NCBI GenBank assembly: GCA_038087875.1
Contig: JAXLNO010000036.1
Coordinates: 62,001-109,179 of the forward strand
Direction of reading: 5' to 3'
DNA length: 47,179 bases
Source: Malacoraja senta
Lineage: Eukaryota
Below, piece by piece: positions 37,639-47,179 of the stretch. A program made the translations under genes and the position numbers. A model generated the notes under the pieces. It searched no databases. It had not been told where the DNA came from and was given only the letters and a program-made list of their open reading frames with translations. Position 1 is the stretch's first letter. Every line of letters starts with the position of its first letter.

Positions 37639-38245
37639 GATGGGAGTCAGGGGGTTTGTAGTAGATATTGGTCAGTAGTCGGTTACCTGCGATGGAGATA
37701 GTGAGGACAAGAAACGGTGGGGAGATATTGGGAATGGTCCAGGTGAATTTGAGTGCTGGATGGAAGTTAGTGGTGAAATGGATGAAGTCAGTGAGTGCTG
37801 CATGGGTGCAGGAGGCAGCATCGTTGTAGTCGTCGATGTAGCGGAGATAGAGTTCGGGGATAGGGCCACGGTATCGCCTCGAACAATGATATGGGCCCAG
37901 GCGCGAGCCAATAGCTAGCCTTGGATTTGGAGGAAATGGGAGGAGTCAAAGGAAAAGTTGTTGAGGGTAAGGCCCAGCTCCGCTAGGTGGAGGATTATCA
38001 GTAGACGTGGATTGGTTGGTTCTGTGGTCGAGGAAGAAGCGGAAGGCTTTAAGACCCTCCTCGTCGGGGATGGAGGTGTAGAGTGACTGGACATCCACGG
38101 TGAAGATGAGGGAATGGGGGCCTGGAAAACGGAAGCCATGAAGGGGACGAAGAGGGTGTGAGGTGTCCGGGACATAGTTAGGGAGAGATTTGACCAGGGG
38201 GATAGGATGGAGTCGATGTATATGGAAATACGTTTGGTGGTACAA
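37639..38245 (-). mobile_element. Penelope-like RT fragment, degraded
   Basis: Reads IFTVDVQSLYTSIP..EGLKA, LTLNNFSFDSSHFLQIQG, LRYIDD (~37828-37845) and YYKP.DSH. Confidence 0.88.
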
Positions 38246-38444
38246 GGGTCGAGGTATGTGGGAATTAACGATAAATTAGATAGTTCGAAGGCATAATACT
38301 CTGCTGATCACGAGCTAGTAAATGGGATTTAGTAATTGGATACTATCGACATAGATAGTTGTTGGGCCTGCTTCTCTGCTATGTGACTCTGTGACACACG
38401 ACCCAGTCTTGCATAATTCTCCACATGTGGTATCACCGTCACTA

Positions 38445-38850
38445 GTTATAATCATATAACCATATAACCATTACAGCACGGAAACAGGCCATCTCGGCCC
38501 TTCAAGTCCGTGCCGAACACTTTTCTACCCCCTTCTTTCTTCTTCCTTCCCCCTAGTCCCATCTACCTGCACTCGGATCATATCCCTCCATTCCTTTCCC
38601 GTCCATATACCCATCCAATCTATTTTTAAAGGATAAAATCGAACCTGCCTCCACCACTTCCACTGGAAGCTCATTCCACACAGCTACCACTCTCTGAGTA
38701 AAGAAGTTCCCCCTAATGTTACCCCTAAACTTCTGTCCCTTAATTCTCAAGTAACGTCCCCTTGTTTGAATCTTCCCTACTCTCAATGGAAAAAGCTTAC
38801 CCACGTCAACTCTGTCTAACCCGCTCATCATATTAAAGACTTCCATCAAG
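38445..38850 (-). mobile_element. CR1 3' end with (TAACCATA)n tail
   Basis: C-terminal half of ORF 38553-39023 (GLDRVDVGKLFP...WNELP...FKNRLD.YMD). Confidence 0.88.
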
Positions 38851-39060
38851 ATTAGATACAGGAGAGTAAGAACAGAAGAATCTATAAATACATTTAGAAA
38901 TGTATTACTGACCCAAAATTGGAAACAGGTGTTTAAAGAGACTGATACCAACAAAGCGTATGGAACATTCCTGATAATATTTAAATCATTATATGATGAA
39001 CATTGTCCTTTGAAACAACACATGAAGAAGCAAAAATATATAGTTAGGCCATGGATGACA
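38851..39060 (+). mobile_element. LINE (L2/Crack-like) ORF2 EN-RT linker fragment
   Basis: Translates IRYRRVRTEESINTFRNVLLTQNWKQVFKETDTNKAYGTFLIIFKSLYDEHCPLKQ...RPWMT. Confidence 0.7.
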
Positions 39061-39481
39061 AGAGCCGTTGGAGAGATCGCAGAGGGAGGAGCTACACACG
39101 AGCGGTAGGAGTTAAAAAGGAGCGCGGGGCTTGTTACTTACAGAGGCCCAAGAGCCGTTGGAGAGATCGCAGAGGGAGGAGCTGCACACGACCGGTAGGA
39201 GTTAAAAAGGAGCGCGGGGCTTGTTCCTTACAGAGGCCCAAGAGCCGTTGGAGAGATCGCAGAGGGAGGAGCTACACACGACCGGTAGGAGTTAAAAAGG
39301 AGCGCGGGGCTTGTTCCTTACAGAGGCCCAAGAGCCGTTGGAGAGATCGCAGAGGGAGGAGCTACACACGACCGGTAGGAGTTAAAAAGGAGCGCGGGGC
39401 TTGTTCCTTACAGAGGCCCAAGAGCCGTTGGAGAGATCGCAGAGGGAGGAGCTACACACGACCGGTAGGAGTTAAAAAGGA
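39059..39481 (+). repeat. 90-bp tandem monomers (~4.7 copies) at the CR1 5' end
   Basis: CAAGAGCCGTTGGAGAGATCGC recurs at 39059, 39149, 39239, 39329 and 39419, nearly identical. Confidence 0.95.
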
Positions 39482-39602
39482 ACCCAAATCTGTAACGTTC
39501 CAAGTTCCACTTCAAAAACAAGTGGGTTTGAGGAAGCCGCTGATTGGTGGACGCAGATAAGAGGGAGCAGCTGATTGGGAGTCAGATCCCTGCTGATTGT
39601 AC

Positions 39603-39798
39603 TGTATTGTAGCAGTTTGTTTTGTATTGTAGCAGTTTGTTTTGTATTGTAGCAGTTTGTTTTGTATTGTAGCAGTTTGTTTTGTATTGTATCAGTTTGT
39701 TTTGTATTGTAGCAGTTTGTTTTGTATTGTAGCAGTTTGTTTTGTATTGTATCAGTTTGTTTTGTATTGTAGCAGTTTGTTTTGTATTGTAGCAGTTT
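39603..39798 (+). repeat. 20-bp tandem repeat (TTGTATTGTAGCAGTTTGTT) ~10 copies in CR1 5' UTR
   Basis: Directly visible. Confidence 0.95.
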
Positions 39799-39824
39799 TA
39801 TATTCTATCCAGGGTAAGGGGAGT

Positions 39825-40760
39825 ATGAAGGCCAGGGCAGTTTACTGTTCTGGATGTCAGATGTGGGAAGTCATGGAGTCTGATAGCCCTCCAGACGTCC
39901 ACATCTGCGTCAGGTGTATTGAGATGGGGCTCCTAATGGACCGTATTAGGAACCTGGAGCAGCAGCTCGATGACCTCCGTCTGGTCAGGGAGAGCGAGGA
40001 AGTCATCGAGAGGAGTTACAGGGATGTGGTCACTCCAACACAACAGGAGGCAGGCAAGTGGATCACGGTTGGGAGAGGCAAGGGGCACAGGCAGGGACTA
40101 GAGAGTACCCCGGTGGCTGTACACCTTGACAATAAGTACTCCTGTTTGAGCACTGTTGGGGTGGACAGCCTACCTGGGGGTAGCGACAGCGGCCGGGCCT
40201 CCGGTATAGAGACCGGTCCTGTTGCTCAGAAGGGTAAGGAAAAGAAGAGGAGGGCAATATTAATAGGGGACTCTATAGTTAGGGGGTCAGACAGGCGATT
40301 CTGTGGACGCAGTCGGGAGACCCGGATGGTAGTTTGCCTCCCTGGTGCCAGGGTCTGTGATGTGTCTCAACATGTCCAAGACATCCTGAAAGGGCAGGGA
40401 GAGGAGCCCGAAGTCGTGATACATATAGGTACCAATGACATAGGTAAAAAAAGAGAAGTGGTCCTGAAAGGAGAATTTAGGGAGTTAGGAGGGGAGTTAA
40501 AGAGAAGGACAGCGAAGGTAACAATCTAGGGATTACTGCCTGTGCCACGCGACAGTGAGAGTAGGAATGGAGCGAGGTGGAGGATAAATGCGTGGCTGAA
40601 GGACTGGTGCAGAAGGCAGGGATTCAAATTTCTGGATCATTGGGACCTCTTTTGTGGAAGGTACGACCTGTACAAAAAGGATGGGTTGCACTTGAACCTG
40701 AGGGGGACCGATATCCTGGCGGGGAGATCTGCAAAGGCTACTGGGGAGACTTTAAACTAG
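39825..40760 (+). pseudogene. CR1 ORF1 (Cys/zinc-finger, coiled coil, SGNH esterase) with one premature stop
   Basis: MKARAVYCSGC...HICVRC, LEQQLDDL, LIGDSIVR, LPGA, HIGTND, DGLHLN. ORFs 39642-40529 and 40542-40760 share a frame, separated by TAG at 40527-40529. Confidence 0.9.
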
Positions 40761-41060
40761 AATGGTTGGGGGAGGGACTCAAATAGAGAATGCTATTAGA
40801 CAGTGTGTGAGGCAGGAGGCAGAGAAGGAAAGCACTCAGACCCAACATGTAGGGGGGAAAGAAGAAAACAATAATAAACAGAGAATAAGAGGTGGTGGGG
40901 TTCTTAAATGGGTGAGCAGAGAAACAGAGGGGTGCAAAATGCGGGCGGAAGCAATAGGTAGCAAGGTGAAAAGTAAAAGTGGCAGGCAGACAAATCCAGG
41001 GCCACTTTCCAACATAATTGTATAAGGGGTAAGAGCGTTGTAAAAACAAGCCTGAAGGCT

Positions 41061-43000
41061 TTGTGTCTCAATGCAAGGAGCATTCGTAATAAGGTCGATG
41101 AGTTGAACGTGCAGATAGCAATTAATGATTATGATATAGTTGGGATCACGGAGACATGGCTCCAGGGTGACCAAGGCTGGGAGCTGAACATCCAGGGATA
41201 TTCAATATTCAGGAGGGATAGAGAGAAAGGAAAAGGAGGTGGGGTAGCGTTGCTGGTTAGAGAGGAGATTAACGCAGTGGAAAGGAAGGACATTAGCTTG
41301 GAGGATGTGGAATCGGTATGGGTAGAGCTACGAAATACTAAGGGGCAGAAAACGCTGGTGGGTGTTGTGTACAGGCCACCTAGCAGTAGTAGTGAAGTTG
41401 GGGATGGCATCAAACAGGAAATTAGAAATGCGTGCAACAAAGGCAAAACAGTTATAATGGGTGACTTCAATCTACATATAGATTGGGTGAATCAAATTGG
41501 CAGGGGTGCTGAGGAAGAGGATTTCTTGGAATGTATGAGGGATAGTTATCTAAACCAACATTTAGAGGAACCAACGAGAGAGCAGGCTATTCTAGACTGG
41601 GTATTGAGTAATGAGGAAGGGTTAGTTAGCCGACTTGTTGTGCGTGCCCCCTTGGGCAAGAGTGACCATAATATGGTTGAGTTCTTCATTAGGATGGAGA
41701 GTGACATTGTTAATTCAGAAACAACGGTTCTGAACTTAAAGAAAGGTAACTTTGAGGATATGAGACGTGAATTGGCCAAGATTGACTGGCAAGTAGTTCT
41801 AAAATGGTTGACGGTGGATATGCAATGGAAGGCATTTAAAGACTGCATGGATGAACTACAAAAAATGTTCATCCCAGTTTGGCAAAAGAATAAATCAGGG
41901 AAGGTAGTGCATCCGTGGATAACAAGGGAAATCAGGGATAGTATCAAAGCAAAAGATGTTGCGTACAAATTAGCCAGAAAAAGCAGCATACCAGAGGACT
42001 GGGAGAAATTCAGAGACCAGCAGAGGAGGACAAAGGGCTTAATTAGGAAAGGGAAAATAGATTATGAAAGGAAACTGGCAGGGAACATGAAAACTGACTG
42101 CAAAAGTTTTTATAGATATGTGAAGAGAAAGAGATTAGTTAAAACAAATGTAGGTCCCTTGCAGTCAGAAACAGGTGAATTGATCATGGGGAACAAGGAT
42201 ATGGCGGACCAATTGAATAACTACTTTGGTTCCGTCTTCACTAAGGAAGACATAAATAATCTGCTGGAAATAGCAGGGGGCCGCGGGTCAAAGGAGATGG
42301 AGGAACTGAGTGAAATCCAGGTTAGTCGGGAAGTGGTGTTGGGTAAATTGAATGGATTAAAGGCCGATAAATCACCAGGGCCAGATAGGCTGCATCCCAG
42401 AGTACTTAAGGAAGTAGCTCCAGAAATAGTGGATGCATTAGTGATAATTTTTCAAAATTCTTTAGATTCTGGGGTAGTTCCTGAGGATTGGAGGATAGCA
42501 AACGTAACTCCACTTTTTAAGAAGGGAGGGAGAGAGAAAACGGGGAATTACAGACCAGTTAGTCTAACATCGGTAGTGGGGAAACTGCTAGAGTCAGTTA
42601 TTAAAGATGGGATAGCAGCACATTTGGAAAGTGGTGAAATCATTGGACAAAGTCAGCATGGATTTACGAAAGGTAAATCGTGTCTGACGAATCTTATAGA
42701 ATTTTTCGAGGATGTAACTAGTAGAGTGGATAGGGGAGAACCAGTGGATGTGTTGTATCTGGCCTTTCAGAAGGCTTTCGACAAGGTACCACATAAGAGA
42801 TTAGTATACAAACTTAAAGCACACGGTATTGGGGGTTCAGTATTGATGTGGATAGAGAACTGGCTGGCAAACAGGAAGCAAAGAGTAGGAGTAAACGGGT
42901 CCTTTTCACAATGGCAGGCAGTGACTAGTGGGGTACCGCAAGGCTCAGTGTTGGGACCGCAGCTATTTACAATTTATATTAATGAGCTGGATGAGGGAAA
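41061..43000 (+). mobile_element. CR1 ORF2: APE endonuclease and N-terminal RT, open for ~650 codons, truncated before FADD
   Basis: [62 protein letters not shown]; breaks at LDEG into unrelated repeat. Confidence 0.96.
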
Positions 43001-43139
43001 TAGACACAAAGTGCTGGAGTAACTCAGTGGGTCAGCCCCAGCCCCTCCCCCCACCCCCGCAGCCTGTGTCGAAGGGAGTCGTCACTTGTGTGGGAATAGA
43101 GAAAGAGGATTGGGGGTGATAGGGAATGGGTAACAGATG

Positions 43140-44282
43140 GACTGTCCCTACCCCTCCTACTTCAACTCTCCCTTCCCACTCTTCCCCCTCCCTCCCCTCC
43201 CACCCCCTCTCTTCCCCCTCCACCACCCCTCTTCACCCCCATCTCCCCCCTACCCCCTTCCCCTCTCTCTTGCACCACTCCCCGCTACCCCTCTGCCCCT
43301 CACTCACCACTCTTCCCCTCTCCCTCCCCCTCTCCCTCTCTTCCCCCTACTCCTCTCCCCTTCCCCTCATCCCCTCTCCACCTCTAACATCCCCTCCCCC
43401 CTTCCTGCCCTCCCCGCTCTCCTCCCACTCCCCACTCTCCTCCCCGTCCCTCTCCCCCCACCCTGCTCTCTTCTCCCTCACCAATCTCTCCCCTTTCCTC
43501 CTCCCCCTCTCTCCTCCCTCCCCTCCCTCCCCTGTTCTCTTCCCACCCCGTCTCCCTCTCCCCCTCCCCTCTCCCAACCCCGTCGCCACCCTCCACCCTC
43601 CCCACACCTCTCTACCCTTCTCCTCGCCTTACCCACCCCTCTCCTCCCCCTCTCCATCCCCTTCTCCTCACCCCTCTCCCTCTCATCCCCCTCCTCCTCC
43701 CACCCCCATTACTCTCTCCCACATCCCCCTTCCCTCTCTCACCCCGTCCCCTCCCCCCTACCCCGCTATCCCTCTTCAACCACTCCCCCTACACCTCTCC
43801 CCCTCCCTCTCTCCCACTTCCACCACTCCCCCTACACCTCTCCCCCTCCCTCTCTCCCACTTCCACCACTCCCCCTACACCTCTCCATCTCCCTCCCCAT
43901 TCTTCCACTTAACTCCCAAACCCATCCCCATCTCCCTCCACAACCCCCTCCCCCACCCCTCTCCCCCCTCCCTTCTCTCTCACTCCCCACTCTTCCACTC
44001 TCCCTCCCCCACCTCTATCCCTCCCCCCTCCTTCTCTCCCTCTCTTCCCCCTACTCCTCTCCCCTTCCCCTCATCCCCTCTCCACCTCTAACATCCCCTC
44101 TCCCCCCTTCCTGCCCTCCCCACTCTCCTCCCCCTCCCTCTCCCCCACCCTGCTCTCTTCTCCCTCCCCAATTTCTCCCCTTTCCTCCTCCCCCTCTCCC
44201 CTCCCTCCCCCTCTCCTCTTCTCTCCCCACCCCGTCTCCCTCTTCTCTCCCCACCCCGTCTTCCTCTCCACCCCTCCCCCCG
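43140..44282. repeat. C/T-rich low-complexity tract
   Basis: Overwhelmingly pyrimidine on + strand, with internal duplications; further tracts at 44600-44850 and 46630-46800. Confidence 0.95.
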
Positions 44283-44384
44283 CCTGTGTTTGGGGGGTGG
44301 TTAGTGTGAGTGTGATGCCGCAGCCCCCCCCTCCCGCAAACGCGCGTTGGGAAAACAGCCCGCCAACAGTCTCCCTGTCTTTAA

Positions 44385-44600
44385 GACAGAACTGCAGATG
44401 CTTGAAAATCAAAGGTACACAAAAAAAAATGCTTCATAACCTCAGCGGGTGCAGCAGCATCTATGTATCAAAAGAAATAGACAACGTTTCGTGAAAACCC
44501 GTCTGAGGATGGGTTTCCGCCAAAAGCATTGCCTATTTCCTTCACTCCATAGATGCTGCTGCACCCGCAGTGTTTCTCGAGTTTTATTGTGTACCAGTCT
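44385..44600. mobile_element. Inverted pair of Penelope-type terminal repeats
   Basis: gcgggtgcagcagcatctatg (44445-44465) is mirrored by catagatgctgctgcacccgc (44548-44568); matches 33135-33260. Confidence 0.75.
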
Positions 44601-44989
44601 ATCTGTCTCTCCCCTCTCTCTCTCTCTCTGCCCTTCTCTCTTCACAGCCCGCGACTCAACTCATGCACGCCTGCTCCAACCCACCCCCTTCACCTCTCTC
44701 CCCATCCTCTTCTTCCTCTCTCCACCCCTCTCCTCTCTCACCCTCCTCTCTCCCCACCTTCCTCACCCTCCCTCCTCTCAACCCTCCTCCTCCCCCACCT
44801 CACAATTTTTTTTTCTAACATTAAATTTTCTCTCTCTGCACCACCCCCCCCCCTCGAGACGTACCTGAGAGGTGAGGGCTATTCGTCAGTGGATAGGGTG
44901 GAGATGGAATAAAAGAAGAAAATTAAAATATTAATATAATATCAAGGGGTGTGATGAGTGTGTGTGTTTGTGGGTGCCAGATTCACACC

Positions 44990-46560
44990 CCGCAACCCTG
45001 CTTTGGAAGTACAGACCCAACGGGTGGTTAGTGTGACGTCACAGCCCCCCGCCCCAAACGCACGTTCGGTGTCCAGACCCAACGGGTCTGCACTTGGTCT
45101 AGTATACTTTTAAAACTCTCTGGCTGTCGTCCGTCTGTACGTCTGTACGTCCAACGTTCTGCTTGTCTGTACGTCCAACGTTCTGCTTGACCTGTACGCC
45201 GCCTTTGATACCGCCCCTGGCCCACACAGCGCGCGGAAAGGCCCATATTTTTTACCATTTTCAAAGAGATGACATTTATCTTTACGAATAGCCACTGCTG
45301 ATTAAATTCGGTCCTGTTTATGTACACGTTTTTTAATAAAATCCACCCCCCCCCCCACCCCCATGTGATTTTCTCCGATTGTCTCCGATTTTCTCCGAAA
45401 ACTACGCCATCTTTTTTTCGCCGATTTTCACCCCGGGGTCTGAATCACGTTCGGGAACAACACCCCGGGGTGTCAAGCACTTTCGGGGACCACAGCCAAC
45501 GGGTCTGCACCCCCACCCCCATGTGATTTTCTCCGATTGTCTCCGGTTTTCTCCGAAAACGACGCCATCTTTTTTTCTCCGATTTTTTCCGAAAATGACG
45601 CCATCTTTTTTTTCAACGATTTTCAACCAAGGGTCTCAAGCACGTTCGGGAACAACACCCCGGGGTGTCAAGCACTTTCGGGGACCAGACCCAACGGGTC
45701 TGCACTTGGTCTAGTATACTTTTAAAACTCTCTGGCTGTCGTCCGTCTGTACGTCTGTACGTCTGTACGTCCAACGTTCTGCTTGACTTGTCCCGCCTTT
45801 GATACCGCCCCGCGCCCGCGCAGCGCGCGGAAACGCCGATATTTTTTACCGTTTCTAAAGAGGTTACGTTTATCTTTACGAATAGACGATCCCGATTAAA
45901 TTTGGTCGTGTTTACGTACGCTTTTTAAAATAAAATACCTCTCTCCCCCCCCAAACCAAACATTTCAAAATGTTTTAAAAAACAGCTCAGCCGTAGAATG
46001 TTAGTAAAGATTCCGTTGTGTGATGTCACAATGCACAATGGTCACAGATGTCCAATCGGAATGGATCCATTTACATATGCCTTTGCAGTGGACCCCAGCC
46101 CCGGCCCCTCCCCCCCAACCCCCCGCAGCATTGGGCATTGTGACATCACAAAACGGAACCTTCATTTACATTCTATTGCTGAGAGCTGTTTGTTTAACAT
46201 TTTTAAATGTCCCCATTCCCTATCCCCCCCACACACGTGGCGACGCCCTGCGACACGTGTGACAAATCGAAATGAATCCGTTTACATATGCCTTTGCAGC
46301 ACCCACAGCCCAAGCCCCTCCCCCCGACCCCGCAGCCTGTGTCGAAAGGCGTCGCCACGTGTGTGGGGGGATAGGGAATGGGGAAATTTCAAAATGTTAA
46401 AAAAAAACAGCTCTCAGCAATAGAATGTTAATGAAGGTTCCGTTTTGTGATGTCACAATGCCCAATGCTCAAAGATGTCCAATCGAAATGAACCAATTTA
46501 CATATGCCTTTGCAGCAGCAACAGCACCAGCCCCTCCCCCCCACCCCCGCAGCCTGTGTC
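44990..46560 (+). mobile_element. Non-autonomous Helitron-like units in tandem
   Basis: Hairpin CAGACCC-AAC-GGGTCTG followed 8 nt later by CTAG|T at 45074-45102 and 45686-45714. Each is followed by ATACTTTTAAAACTCTC and a (GTCTGTAC)n microsatellite. Confidence 0.75.
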
Positions 46561-46819
46561 GAAGGGCGTCGTCACGTGTGTGGCAATAGAGAAAGAGGAT
46601 TGGGGGTGATAGGGAATGGGTAACAGATGGACTGTCCCTACCCCTCCTACTTCAACTCTCCCTCCCCACTCTTCCCCCTCTCTCCTCTCCCCCTCCCTCC
46701 CTCCCACACCCTCTCTTCCCCCTCCACCACCCTCTTCACCCCCCATCTCCCCTCTACCCCCTTCCCCTCTCTCTTGCACCACTTCCCGCTACCCCTCTGC
46801 TACTCAATTCTACGTGTGT

Positions 46820-47179
46820 CAGACGCTTCCCTGGAACCATGAGGGTGTACTATTCTTTCAATTCTGTCACTGACGGAACGAATTCAACTCACTTCCCAAC
46901 GGAATTCCTCGATTCAATCGAGATCTGTGGATTACCACCACACAAATTAGAGTTGAAGAAAGGATCTCCAATTGTTTTAATCAGAAACTTGCAACCTCCA
47001 AAGCTATGCAATGGAACGAGGTTAATTGTAGAACAGCTACACAATAATCTCATCGTTGCTAGAATCAACATGGGGGGCCTACAAAGAAAAGATTGTTCTC
47101 ATTCCTAGGATGAAGATCAATTTGTCAGAAGATGAAAACATTCCCATTAGGCGGAGCCAATTCCCTATTCTGTCGAGTT
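46820..47179 (+). pseudogene. Helitron PIF1-family helicase fragment (frameshifted, runs off window)
   Basis: FPTEFLDSIEICGLPPHKLELKKGSPIVLIRNLQPPKLCNGTRLIV, then after a frameshift in the G-run near 47075, KIVLIPRMKINLS...RRSQFPI. Confidence 0.92.

Noticed and set aside
39051..39560. 169-aa Arg-rich protamine-like ORF
   Set aside because: Translation of the 90-bp monomer array, whose length is a multiple of 3.
43126..44309. 321-aa and 390-aa Pro/Ser/Leu-rich ORFs resembling extensin or mucin
   Set aside because: Stop-free only because the tract is nearly all C/T; open in multiple frames.
46839..47108. Host PIF1 gene exon
   Set aside because: Frameshifted, intron-free across the motifs and adjacent to Helitron termini; better explained as a Helitron RepHel remnant.

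Overview
Eukaryotic, repeat-saturated, apparently non-genic DNA. The repeat repertoire (CR1, L1/Tx1, Rex1/Babar-like, Penelope, Gypsy, Helitron) suggests a cartilaginous fish such as a skate or ray; this is inference, not a database match. I could not support any host protein-coding gene, RNA gene or CRISPR array. The backbone is an old tandem array of 5-6 diverged copies of a composite unit of several kb: an ancient CR1 3' end, two unexplained non-TE-looking modules and LINE tails. Younger copy-specific insertions overlay it: CR1 and L1 fragments (one with a clean TSD and poly-A), a solo LTR, a TIR transposon with a large internal inverted repeat, Gypsy LTR/PBS/gag/pol remnants, Penelope fragments with a hammerhead-like core, and three minisatellite families. 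The right end holds the 5' ~4 kb of a young CR1 (90-bp 5' monomers, esterase ORF1, EN-RT ORF2) and a Helitron-derived block (hairpin+CTAG ends, head-to-tail junctions, PIF1 helicase fragment). Coordinates of degenerate repeats are approximate and were read by eye.
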